This document shows, piece by piece, positions 31,095 to 41,005 of a DNA stretch of 64,000 nucleotides (positions are counted from its first letter, which is position 1; each line of letters starts with the position of its first letter). This DNA comes from Candidatus Latescibacterota bacterium (GTDB lineage Bacteria > Latescibacterota > UBA2968 > GCA-2709665), in NCBI GenBank assembly GCA_965219995.1, contig CBDCOX010000002.1:864001-928000 (forward strand), given 5' to 3'. The notes beneath the pieces are model-generated. The model saw only the letters and a program-made list of their open reading frames with translations. It searched no databases and had not been told where the DNA came from. Both the position numbers and the translations under genes were made by a program.

Positions 31095-32309
31095 TCAGCC
31101 GCTTCGCTGATTGCTCAAGGCCTCCAACAGGCGGTCGACGTGGTCAAATCCGTTCATGATGTGGGTGGACACCCGGATCCAGTGGGCCCCTTCGATCCTT
31201 TCCACCGGCACGGTGATCCGAAATCTCTCGTAGAGGTCGAGGCTCTCGAATCCATTTACGTGGAACGCCGAGATTGAACCGGACATGTCGGCGCCGGACG
31301 GTGTGAGCAGCCTTGCCCATCCTGTTTCCGCCAGGCTTTCCCGAAGATAGGCCGCCAGGGCCCTTCCTCTCTTCAGAATTCGTTGTTTGCCGACCTTTTC
31401 CTGGAAATCGACGGCGTCGCCCACGGCGGCGAATGCGGCCTGATCCCGGGTGCCCCAGTTCTCGAGCCCCCACATATACGGACGGTCGCCCAGTCTCAAC
31501 ACGCCGTGCCCATCACGCCTTGGGCCCTCGCGGCTATATCCCCAGCTAACGATGACATGATCCAACAGCTCTTGTACGCGTGGAGACGCATAGAGGAACC
31601 CCGTGCCTTTCGGCGCGCATAGCCACTTGTGACAATTGCCGCCGTAAAAATCACAATCCATTGCATCCAGATCCAGAGGGATCATGCCCGGGGCGTGGGC
31701 GCCGTCGACCGCCAACATCGCTCCGCGCTGGCGGGCAAGGCGCGCCAGCGCGCCAATTGGCGCGATCAGGCCGGTACGGGTGAAAATGTGACTGCAGAGG
31801 ACCAACCGGGTGCGGGCGGTGAATCCGACTTCAAAGGCATGCACAATATCATCGGGATTGTCCGTCGTCAGCGGAATCCGGGCGCGCTTCACGACGACCC
31901 CGCGGCGCCGTTCCACGTGATGCAGGCAGTGATCGATTGCGCCATATTCCTGGTCCGAGGCAAGTATCTCGTCTCCGGGGCGCCAACTCAGGCCATTGAT
32001 CACCATATTGACAGCAACGGTGACGTTGCAGGTAAACGCGATGTCCTCAGGCGGCGCGTTGATAAAGCCGCCCAGCCGGCGGCGACCTTCGTCCACGGCG
32101 CCCGAGTGTTTCGCTCGATTCCGGATCGGGCTGCGCTCAACGTCCTCAAGAATCGCGATCGTCTTCTCGAAGACCCGCCTGGGCTGTACGCCAACGGATC
32201 CGGTGTTGAGATAGACCTCGTCGGCGCCGATCATAAATGCATTGCGAATCTTCCGCCAATAGGCTTCCTCGACCGTGGAAGTGGGCCAGGGCGCGTCAGG
32301 AGAGTTCAC
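31095..32309 (-). CDS. Class V PLP enzyme (isopenicillin N epimerase/cysteine desulfhydrase-like)
   Basis: YLNTGSVG, VDGAHAPG, GNCHKWLCAPKGTG, GTRD; GGAGGT RBS before GTG 32309. Confidence 0.85.
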   Translation of the reverse strand: MNSPDAPWPTSTVEEAYWRKIRNAFMIGADEVYLNTGSVGVQPRRVFEKTIAILEDVERSPIRNRAKHSGAVDEGRRRLGGFINAPPEDIAFTCNVTVAVNMVINGLSWRPGDEILASDQEYGAIDHCLHHVERRRGVVVKRARIPLTTDNPDDIVHAFEVGFTARTRLVLCSHIFTRTGLIAPIGALARLARQRGAMLAVDGAHAPGMIPLDLDAMDCDFYGGNCHKWLCAPKGTGFLYASPRVQELLDHVIVSWGYSREGPRRDGHGVLRLGDRPYMWGLENWGTRDQAAFAAVGDAVDFQEKVGKQRILKRGRALAAYLRESLAETGWARLLTPSGADMSGSISAFHVNGFESLDLYERFRITVPVERIEGAHWIRVSTHIMNGFDHVDRLLEALSNQRSG

Positions 32310-32685
32310 CGGTACCTCCGGGTCTTGCAGCGAATAAAGGTGTGAGCCAGGTACAGTCAAGGCAAGGGCAGCCTGAGGGTTGCCGCACAATTGTAAATCC
32401 CAGACCGTCTCCAATCAAGCCCTTTGTGAACGAAACCGGAACCGACCCAGGGAATACCGGGCGCGTCTCCGGGGCCCGTTTCAGTTGCCGCGTCGTTCTC
32501 CTTGCGGAAACCTGGACGACTGGCGACAGCCAGCGACGCCTGCAGCTGTTCCGGGGGTGGCGCAGGCCGGAAACCTTCGCGGGGTCGCAACCCGGCCGAT
32601 CAGGGACTCCTGATCCCCGCGGCCCGTCGGCGTCTGGCGTGATTGTCCCGGCGAAACCACGAGGTGCGGTCTGCCGTAACCTGCC

Positions 32686-32714
32686 TTGACAGCTTGATTT
32701 ATCTTATCTATATT
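32686..32714 (+). promoter_or_regulatory. Putative sigma70 promoter of the fdh operon
   Basis: TTGACA-N17-TATATT. Confidence 0.65.
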
Positions 32715-32988
32715 ATCTTGAGCAGGCGGCTGTCGGTCGCAAGGCGCCGGCTTGCGGTTTACGTCGCTTCGAATCATACAGGCAAACGATTTCTTCATCA
32801 CGCCTCGATCGCTTCGGGTTTCATTCTGCATTGATGCACCCGTTTCTTTTTGGACTCCGTAAACTGAAGCGCGGCCGAATTGCGACCTGAAACCGTCTTT
32901 ACGGTACCGGCCGGTTCCCGGCGAAAACGGCCCGGTTGATCCGGATTCAGACGGTTTGTTTGTATATTGGCATCGATGGGAGCGTTCA

Positions 32989-34653
32989 ATGGCGGGCCTT
33001 CGGGACGACGAGCTGGTTCGACGCTGGAAAGACGAGCCTGCGCCCCTGTTGCCGTTGTTGCACGCGTTCCACGATCGGGATGGATATATCTCCGATGAAG
33101 CCATTCGATCCATATCCGCGGGCTTGAAAACCCCACTGGCGGATCTGTTTGGAACCGTTACCTTCTACCATCACTTATCCCGCAAGCCCGGGGGTCTGGA
33201 TGAATATCGGGTGTGCACCGGCCCGGTATGCGTGCTTCAGGGAGCGCAGGAGATGTGCGATGCCCTTAACGGCGTACCTATGGCCTGTCCGGGCAGATGC
33301 GACCAACCGGTACCCGTAATTCAGCACCACCGCGTGCTCGTGGGTCCGAATGCAGGGAGTCTGCGGGAGGTCCCGACGCCACTGCCGGACGACAACCCGG
33401 GCGGCTTCGAGGAATGCGTCTTTCGTCATATTCGCGCGTCGAGCCGCTCGGCTCTCCGGGGGTATCGCGAGACCCGCGGATACGACGGTCTGGAAGAAGC
33501 CGTAACCAGGATGGCGCCCTCGGAGGTCGTGGAACGGGTCACGGAGAGCGGGCTGGCGGGGCGCGGAGGGGCCGGCTTCCCAACGGGCGCGAAATGGAAG
33601 GCGGTTGCGGACGCCGGCGGCGGTACGAAGACGGTTGTCTGCAACGCCGACGAAGGGGAGCCCGGCTGCTTCAAGGACCGCGCCCTGATGGACCACGATC
33701 CCCACGCGGTGCTGGAGGGTATGGCCATTGCGGCGTACGCAACGGGCGCCACGCGCGGGTTCATCTATCTCCGGTACGAATATCCGCAGACGTTGAACGT
33801 CCTGGAACGCGCCGTGGGAGAAGCCGAGGCCGCCGGATTGCTCGGCAATGGCATTCTGGGGACTGACTTCGAATTTCGGGTGCATCTTCGGCGCGGGGGA
33901 GGGGCGTATGTGTGCGGAGAAGAGGGGTCGCTGCTCAACAGCCTGGAGGGAAAACACCCGTTCCCGAGAAACCGCCCGCCCTATCCCGTAACCCACGGGT
34001 TCGAGGATATGCCCACGGCGGTGAACAATGTTGAAACGCTGGTTGCCGTGCCACAAATCCTCCGGAAAGGTGCGGCTTGGTACCGGGCACTCGGGCTGAA
34101 CGGACATCCGGGCACCAAAGTCATCAGTCTGTCGGGCGATATTTCGAAGCCGGGGAATTACGAGGTGCCATTCGGCCTGCCGCTGAAGACCCTGCTGTAT
34201 GACTGGGGCGGCGGCGCACCAGGGAGCCGGGACATCCAGGCGGTCACCATGGCGGGGTTGTCCGGAGGGTTCATCGCGGGTGAAGCGCTGGAAGCCACGC
34301 TCGACGAACCCAGCCTCCGCAGTTTCGGGTCGTTTCTGGGCGCCGGCGGCATCATCGTCTTCGACGCCGGGCGGGACATGGTCGAGATTGCCCACGGAGC
34401 GATGGCCTTTTTTGCAGACGAGTCCTGCGGCAAGTGTTTTCCGTGCCGCATCGGGACTCGCCGGTTGTCCGAGCGGCTTGATGGTGACGGCGGCCCCCGG
34501 CAGGTCGGACCATGGCGGGCGGAGGTCCATGATATCGGCCAGACCATGATCGCGACCAGCGCGTGCGGACTGGGCACGGCGGCGCCTCTGGTGACCGAAA
34601 GCCTTATGAAATACTTTCCGAATCAGGTGGAGACGCACGTCGCGCGCCTGTAG
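32989..34653 (+). CDS. NAD-linked formate dehydrogenase beta subunit (NuoE-NuoF fusion)
   Basis: N-terminal TFY, C-x4-C...C-x3-C; then GRGGAGFP, CNADEGEPG, YVCGEE, ESCGKCFPCRIG, CGLG. Confidence 0.88.
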   Translation: MAGLRDDELVRRWKDEPAPLLPLLHAFHDRDGYISDEAIRSISAGLKTPLADLFGTVTFYHHLSRKPGGLDEYRVCTGPVCVLQGAQEMCDALNGVPMACPGRCDQPVPVIQHHRVLVGPNAGSLREVPTPLPDDNPGGFEECVFRHIRASSRSALRGYRETRGYDGLEEAVTRMAPSEVVERVTESGLAGRGGAGFPTGAKWKAVADAGGGTKTVVCNADEGEPGCFKDRALMDHDPHAVLEGMAIAAYATGATRGFIYLRYEYPQTLNVLERAVGEAEAAGLLGNGILGTDFEFRVHLRRGGGAYVCGEEGSLLNSLEGKHPFPRNRPPYPVTHGFEDMPTAVNNVETLVAVPQILRKGAAWYRALGLNGHPGTKVISLSGDISKPGNYEVPFGLPLKTLLYDWGGGAPGSRDIQAVTMAGLSGGFIAGEALEATLDEPSLRSFGSFLGAGGIIVFDAGRDMVEIAHGAMAFFADESCGKCFPCRIGTRRLSERLDGDGGPRQVGPWRAEVHDIGQTMIATSACGLGTAAPLVTESLMKYFPNQVETHVARL

Positions 34654-34701
34654 CTGGCACGGGCGCGCGGTTTCACCGTAACCGAATCCGGAAGGCGGGG
34701 A

Positions 34702-37431
34702 ATGATGGTTGCAGATGGGGATAAAGCCGTTACCGCGACAATGACGCTGGACGGCCAGACAGTCAGGTTTTCCGACGGTGAAACCGTTTTTGACGTTGCG
34801 CAAAGGCACTCGAAATTCGTGCCGACCCTGTGTTACGATTCCCGCCTGGAGCCCTTTGGCAGTTGTCGCCTGTGCGTGGTCGACGTGGAAGGCGCGCGAA
34901 CCCCTCTTGCATCTTGCACGACGCCTGCAACGACCGGGATGGTCGTTCGCACGCAGACGGATGCGATACAGAAACACCGTAAGGTGTTGCTGGAGTTGGT
35001 GGCCTCCGAAAACCCTGAAGTGGATGTAGACCCCCTTAGCGGCTATGCCTCCCAGGAACTTGCCACGCTTGTCGATCAATACGGCGCGCGGACGCGCCGG
35101 TTCAGAGGCGACCGTTCCGGACGCAGCAAGCCGGAGGACGACAACCCGTTTCTGCTGCGAGATTATGACAAGTGCATTTCCTGTTACCGTTGCGTCCGGG
35201 TGTGCGCCGAGCAGGAGGGAGACGACGCAATCAGCGTGATGAACCGCGGCTTCGACACGCAGATCGTTACGGAATTCGACGGCTTGCTGAAAGAGTCGTC
35301 GTGTACATTCTGCGGGCAGTGTATTCAAACGTGCCCAACGGGTGCCCTTGCGGACCGGAAGGCGCTCCGGGCGGCCGGCGAACCGGGGAAAATAGAAAAG
35401 ACCCGGACTGTCTGTCCGTATTGCGGGGTGGGTTGTTCGGTGGACATGATGACGAAAGGGGAGAAGATCGTAGGCATCCAGCCCGCGATGGACGGTCCTG
35501 CGAACCTGGGCGCGCTTTGTGTAAAGGGGCAGTTTGCGTTCGATTTCGTGCAGCACCGCGACAGGTTGCAGACGCCGCTGGTGCGGCGGGAAGACGGCAG
35601 GCTGCACGAAGCCGGCTGGGAGGAGGCGCTGGATCGTGCGGCGCAGGGATTCATGGATGCGCGGGCGACACATGGAGACCTGAGCGCGTACGGCGTCGCG
35701 TCCGGCCGCGCGCCAACGGAGGCCGCTTACGTGATGGGCAAATTCATCCGCGCCGGATTCGGTACCAACTATATAGACAACTGCAGCCGTGCCTGACACG
35801 CCCCTACGGTTGCCGGTCTGGCAGCCACGGTCGGACGGGGCGCGATGTCGAATCCGCTGGTCGACATGGAAAAGCCCGATGTGTTCTTCTGCATCGGGAC
35901 GAATATGACCGAGTGTCATCCGGTGGCGGCCACGCGGATGAAGAAAGCGGTACGCGGGGGTGCGAAGCTGATCGTGGCGGATCCTCGGCGCATCCCGCTG
36001 GCGGAGATGGCGGATCTGTATCTTCCGCTGCGTGTGGGGTCGGATGTCGCCCTTCTGCTTGCGATGGCGCACGTGATTGCGAGGGAGGGATTGATCGACA
36101 GGGGGTTTGTCGAGAGCCGGACGACGAGGGCCGGGGACTTTCTCGAGCACGTGAAGGAATATCCCCCGGAGTGGGCCGAACGGATTACGGGAGTGCCGGC
36201 GAAGGATATCGAACTCGCCGCGATCTGGTACGGCATGGCGGATAGGGGCGCCATCTACTATACGCTGGGCATCACCGAACACATCTGCGGCGTCGACAAC
36301 GTTCAGAGCCTGTGCAACCTGGCGCTGATGACGGGAAACGTGGGCCGCGAAGGCACGGGCATCAATCCCATGCGCGGTCAGAACAATATCCAGGGCGCGG
36401 GGGATGCGGGCGCTATCCCGGACAAGTTCCCCGGGTTCCAGGCGTGTGATGATCCCGGGACGGCGGCGAGATTCTCGCGAATTTACGGCCGGACTCTGAA
36501 ACCGGAAAAGGGAATAACGAAGGTGGCGGCGCTGAACCTGTGCGGCGACCGGATCCACGCCATGATGATCGACGGCGAGAATACGGTCGTATCCGATCCT
36601 GACAGGGCGCACTGCGAGCGCGCATTGCGGAGCCTCGACCACCTTGTGGTGATCGACATCTTTTTGACCGAAACGGCCAGACTTGCCGACGTCGTGCTGC
36701 CGGCGACGGCCTGGGGCGAAACGGATGGGACGTGTTCGAACACGGAGCGGCGCGTCCAGCGCCTGCGGGCCGCGGTTCCGCCCCCCGGGGAGGCCCGCCC
36801 GGATTGGTCGATTGTCAGTGAGATTGCGAAACGCATGGGAATGCGCGGGTTCGCCTTCACTTCCGCGAAGGACGTGTTCAACGAGCTGTGCGCCGTGTCC
36901 CCCATCTACGCGGGATTGAATTGGGATCGAATCGAACATGGCCAGTACCATTGGCCGGTCCCTGACGCCGATCATGCGGGCACGCCGATGCTGCACGAAG
37001 GCGAATTCGAGAATGGCCGTGGCATCTTCACAAAGCATCGCTATCGCAATCCGGCGGAGACGGTCAGCGACGAGTTTCCCGTATGGTTGACGACCGGCCG
37101 CAGACTGCACGCATACCATACGCGGACTCAGACCGGAAGGGCCGCGGGGATGGACTATTTTCTGTCCGAAGAGTCGCTGGAGGTGCATCCGTCGGACGTG
37201 GCGGCCTGGGGGCTTACCAACGGCGGCTGGTGCCGGATGTCGAGCGCACGCGGTTCCATCCGGATCAAGATCAGGGCGACCCGGCAGTCTCCCCCGGGGA
37301 CCGTGTTCGCCAGTTTCGGCTTCAACGACGTTCCGGTGAATATCCTGACGGGTTCGGGCTACGATCCGGTGACGGAAACGGCCGAATTGAAGGTATGTCC
37401 GGTTCGCATCGAATCCGATGTGCCGGAATGA
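34702..37431 (+). CDS. fdhF: Selenocysteine-containing formate dehydrogenase alpha subunit (about 909 aa, Sec at codon 365)
   Basis: ORFs 34702-35796 and 35845-37431 are in the same frame, joined by TGA at 35794 in DNCSRA-U-HAPTVAGL. Also [2Fe-2S], two CxxCxxCxxxC, CPYCGVGC and RGQNNIQG motifs. Confidence 0.93.
35797..35830 (+). promoter_or_regulatory. Bacterial SECIS element
   Basis: GGTTGCC-GGTCT-GGCAGCC stem-loop starting 11 nt after the UGA, resembling the E. coli fdhF SECIS. Confidence 0.8.
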
Positions 37432-37452
37432 CTTAAATTCGAAGGTTGAAGG

Positions 37453-38283
37453 TTGAATTCAAGCATTACACAGCGAGACGTCTCCCGGGTGAACAACGGC
37501 TTTCCGACGCGTCCGGTTCAGGACGATATTGCGGTTGAAGAGCCCCTTGAAATCCGTGTGGCCGGAGACCCGGTTGCCGTTACCATGCGATCGCCGGGGG
37601 ACGACGCCCGGCTTGCGGTGGGCTTCCTCTTTTCGGAAGGGATTATTGCGTCCATCGAGGACGTGGGCCGCGTATACCACTGCGGGAGGCCGGGGACGGA
37701 GGCGTACGGAAACGCGATCGACGTGCTGCCCGCACCCGGCCACAGCCTGGATATCGAGCGGGTCGCCGCCAGCCGCCGGGGAACACTCACGACATCGGCG
37801 TGCGGGGTCTGCGGTCGGCAGGGGGTCGAAGACCTGATGGCGCGTTGTTCTGTTTTGCCGCCCGGGCCGCAGATATCGGCAGAACTGCTCCTGGATACGG
37901 TTGAACAGATGACGCGGATTCAGCCCACGTTCGCCCATACCGGCGGCGTGCACGCCGCCGCCGCGTTCGGTCGGGACGGCCGACCGCTTGTGTGTTCCGA
38001 GGACGTGGGCCGCCACAATGCCGTAGACAAGACCATCGGCGCCCTGCTGTTCGACCGTCTGGTGGGCGCGTCGTCGGACGCCGTCCTGCTGGCCGTAAGC
38101 GGTAGGGCGAGCTTTGAGATCGTGCAGAAAGCGGCGGTCGCGAAAATCCCGATTGTCGCAAGCGTTTCCGCGGCCAGTTCTCTGGCGGTCGATCTTGCAG
38201 CCGATGCGGGCATCACCCTTGCGGGTTTCGTTCGCCGCAAGGGCTTCAACCTGTACGCGCACCCCGAACGGATCGGACAATAA
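37453..38283 (+). CDS. fdhD: Formate dehydrogenase accessory sulfurtransferase
   Basis: AVEEPL, TMRSPG, SACGVCG, TGGVHAAA, EDVGRHNAVDK, SGRASFEIVQK. Confidence 0.93.
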   Translation: MNSSITQRDVSRVNNGFPTRPVQDDIAVEEPLEIRVAGDPVAVTMRSPGDDARLAVGFLFSEGIIASIEDVGRVYHCGRPGTEAYGNAIDVLPAPGHSLDIERVAASRRGTLTTSACGVCGRQGVEDLMARCSVLPPGPQISAELLLDTVEQMTRIQPTFAHTGGVHAAAAFGRDGRPLVCSEDVGRHNAVDKTIGALLFDRLVGASSDAVLLAVSGRASFEIVQKAAVAKIPIVASVSAASSLAVDLAADAGITLAGFVRRKGFNLYAHPERIGQ

Positions 38284-38511
38284 ATGCCAATCTTCGAGTT
38301 CATCTGCGGCAGTTGCCGCCATCCCTTCGAGGCGTTCATTCAGGGGTCCCGGGAGCCGCGCTGTCCGTCCTGTGGCAGCGCCGAACTTGAGAAGCAGCTT
38401 TCGGTTTTCGCTGTCAGCGGGGGCAGCGGTCGGACGGAGGCGCCCGCGCCCAGGGGACCATGCGGAACCTGCGGAGATCCCAGGGGCCCCGGCGCCTGTT
38501 CGATCGCCTAG
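38284..38511 (+). CDS. FmdB-family zinc-ribbon protein
   Basis: MPIFEFICGSCRHPFE...CPSCGS..LEKQLS. Confidence 0.85.
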   Translation: MPIFEFICGSCRHPFEAFIQGSREPRCPSCGSAELEKQLSVFAVSGGSGRTEAPAPRGPCGTCGDPRGPGACSIA

Positions 38512-38669
38512 GGCCCTGTCACCCTCGCGGCCGTTCCTGGACGATCGAGCGGGACGGACTCGCGCGGAATCCGCTACCATCGGGCGGGCAGAAGGTCCTC
38601 CGGCAACGTCAATCTCACGTTTTCGTGGGCGTTCCGCCGTTTGCCTTTTCGTGTTTGTCTTTGGTTTTG

Positions 38670-38814
38670 GCTGACAGCTGATTGCTGAATTTTGTTTCTC
38701 GTGGCAACCCCTGTGTTTGCCCGCTTTCAGGGTTCCCTTTGTGTCTTTGTGTCTCCGTGTGAGCTGATCTTCGTTTCTGGCTTACTGCTGAAGGCTGATG
38801 GCTGAAAGTTGCAA
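38670..38814 (+). repeat. Degenerate short tandem repeats (GCTGANN heptamers, CTTTGTGT octamers) in a T-rich spacer
   Basis: Three heptamers at 38670-38690, three octamers at 38737-38760, four to five heptamers at 38780-38814. Confidence 0.55.
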
Positions 38815-38865
38815 ACCCGCGGCCGAATTCAGGCGATCGATCTCCGGTACGGAATACCAGGCATC

Positions 38866-38896
38866 AAAACCCGGTTCATAACACCGGGTTTTTTTT
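38866..38896 (+). terminator. Intrinsic terminator
   Basis: AAAACCCGGT-N7-ACCGGG-T8. Confidence 0.7.
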
Positions 38897-39132
38897 GTAC
38901 AAAAGACGAGGAATCGAACGCATTTTCAACCGAGCCGGACGAATTCGAGATTCGTTTTCCGCGTTAACGTTGCACGAAATGCATTTGTGCATTTTGACAT
39001 ACGAACCTATCTTTGGCGGCGTCGGCTGTTTCTCACGTTATCCCGCGAGATCGACCACGTGAACGGATATCTTGCGTGGTCCCGGTCGAACCGGAACGGA
39101 CGCGGTCCGGTCAGACCCGGGGAGAATGCTGT

Positions 39133-40869
39133 ATGAGCGGCCTTTGCTCGAGAGCCTACCTGCGGATACGACGACTGTTCGACGAGGACCGTTGCGTGAT
39201 TCTGGACGGCGGCGTTGCAACCGAACTGGAACGCATGGGGCTTCGGGACCACGCCATCAGCGATCACAGCCTGTGGGGCACCTGGGCCCTGTTCCACGAA
39301 CCCTATTCGGTTCTGGATGTACACAGACGGTTCGCAGAGGCCGGCTGCGACCTGATTTCAACCAACACGTGGGGGATCCTCGACGCGGCGGAGATAGGCG
39401 GACAACGGCTGGAATCCATGGCCGGCGCCTCGCACTGGATGGACGTTGCGCGACGCGGTATCCGGTTGGCCCGACAGGCGAACCGGGAGTCGGGCAGGGA
39501 AGACGAGTGTGCGGTGGCTTTCAGTATGAATGGAGACATCGATACGCCTCAACGCCTGGAACGACTGCATCTGCTTTCAAGGGCATTTGCAGACGACCCG
39601 CCCGATCTCATTTTGTTGGAAACGATGTCCATTATCCGGGACGAACTGACGCTGCCCGCGGTCGAGCTGATGATTCAAACGGGGATTCCGGTGTGGCTGA
39701 GCTTTCGGCGCTGCCGGGAGGGTCTGTGCGGGGTTCACGGGCAGCACTGGGGCGGCCCGGAGGGCGATTATTTCGGCAGATTGGCCGGCCGTTTTGAACG
39801 AATGAACATAGGCGCCCTCCTGATCAACTGTCTCCCGGTGGATCACGTACCGGGAATGATCTCCTGGCTGAGGGATTTTACGGATCTCCCGCTGGGCGTG
39901 TACCCCAACCTGGGGCGTTACCTGGACCCGGGCTGGAAGTTCGACGAGACCGTCGGACCCCCGCGCTTTGCCGCGCTGGCCCGTGCCTGGCGCGACGAGG
40001 GCGCGCAGATCGTCGGCGGGTGCTGCGGTGTCACACCCGATCACATTGCCGAAGCAAGGGAGGCGCTGGCCGGTACCATGCCGGGACGCAAGCGGGTCCG
40101 GCCTCAGACAGCCGCGGCGGCCGGAAGCCGCAAGAACGACCCGGTCGTTCCACGCCCGTGGGTGGACACGGACGGGAGAACGCTCTTTCCGCTGCCGTTC
40201 CCTGAAATTATGTGCGATCCGGGGGTGTTTGCTCCCACGCAGGGGAGCTTTCTGATCTGGAAGCACCTCTTTCGAACGGGCGCCGGGCGGGGCAAACGCT
40301 GTCTGGACGTGGGTTGCGGCACCGGGATCCTCTCCGTACAACTTGCGTTGAACGGCGCGGAAACGGTTGTGGCAATCGACATCCAGAAAGAAGCCATCGG
40401 CAACACGATGACGAACGCATTTCGAAACGGCGTGGACGACCGTATTTCCGCACGGGTCGCGGACCTCTACACCTACATTCCGGAAGAGCGGTATGACCTG
40501 GTCATCGGCAGCCTTTATCAGATGCCTGTGGATCCGGTCCGTCAGACAACGGGGCACCGGCCTGCAGATTTCTGGGGCAGGAATCTGTTCGATCACCTCA
40601 TCGCTTTGCTGCCTGAGATGCTGGCTGACGACGGTGTCGCATACCTGATGCAGATTTCGGCCTTGAGTCAGCTTCGGTCATCCGAACTGATCTCGGCCGC
40701 CGGGCTGAAAGCGAAGGTCATCGACTTCAGCTTCTTTCACTTCGGCCCGGTATTCGATGAAAACACCGATCAGATCCGGCGGGTCGCCGAGCTGTCGGAC
40801 GCTTTTCATTTGAGCTTCGGCCAGGACAACGTCATGGTGATGTACCTGCTTGAAATCAACTCGAATTGA
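39133..40869 (+). CDS. Homocysteine S-methyltransferase domain fused to a class I SAM-dependent methyltransferase
   Basis: ILDGGVATELE, LLINC, GVYPN, VGGCCG; then LDVGCGTG, AIDI, ADLY; GGAG RBS. Confidence 0.85.
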   Translation: MSGLCSRAYLRIRRLFDEDRCVILDGGVATELERMGLRDHAISDHSLWGTWALFHEPYSVLDVHRRFAEAGCDLISTNTWGILDAAEIGGQRLESMAGASHWMDVARRGIRLARQANRESGREDECAVAFSMNGDIDTPQRLERLHLLSRAFADDPPDLILLETMSIIRDELTLPAVELMIQTGIPVWLSFRRCREGLCGVHGQHWGGPEGDYFGRLAGRFERMNIGALLINCLPVDHVPGMISWLRDFTDLPLGVYPNLGRYLDPGWKFDETVGPPRFAALARAWRDEGAQIVGGCCGVTPDHIAEAREALAGTMPGRKRVRPQTAAAAGSRKNDPVVPRPWVDTDGRTLFPLPFPEIMCDPGVFAPTQGSFLIWKHLFRTGAGRGKRCLDVGCGTGILSVQLALNGAETVVAIDIQKEAIGNTMTNAFRNGVDDRISARVADLYTYIPEERYDLVIGSLYQMPVDPVRQTTGHRPADFWGRNLFDHLIALLPEMLADDGVAYLMQISALSQLRSSELISAAGLKAKVIDFSFFHFGPVFDENTDQIRRVAELSDAFHLSFGQDNVMVMYLLEINSN

Positions 40870-41005
40870 AGGGATCTGTTGACGCTGCGCACCGGGACAT
40901 CATGCGGTTCGATGGGCTGCGTGACGGTATCGCACGCCTCCGGACCCTGCGTGCAGGAGTGGTTTGTCCGGGCAGAATGAATTGGAACTACGCAGGGAAT
41001 GCAAG

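Noticed and set aside
32989-34653. Respiratory complex I nuoEF
   Set aside because: There are no other nuo genes, and the context (fdh alpha, fdhD) indicates an FDH diaphorase subunit.
35794-35796. Nonsense mutation making the fdh alpha gene a pseudogene
   Set aside because: The TGA sits exactly at the Sec/Cys ligand position, with a SECIS-like hairpin and a continuous frame.
38900-39132. SAM or cobalamin riboswitch upstream of the methyltransferase cluster
   Set aside because: Conserved core motifs were not recognisable; only an imperfect palindrome (TGCACGAAATGCATTTGTGCA) and a weak promoter-like match are present.
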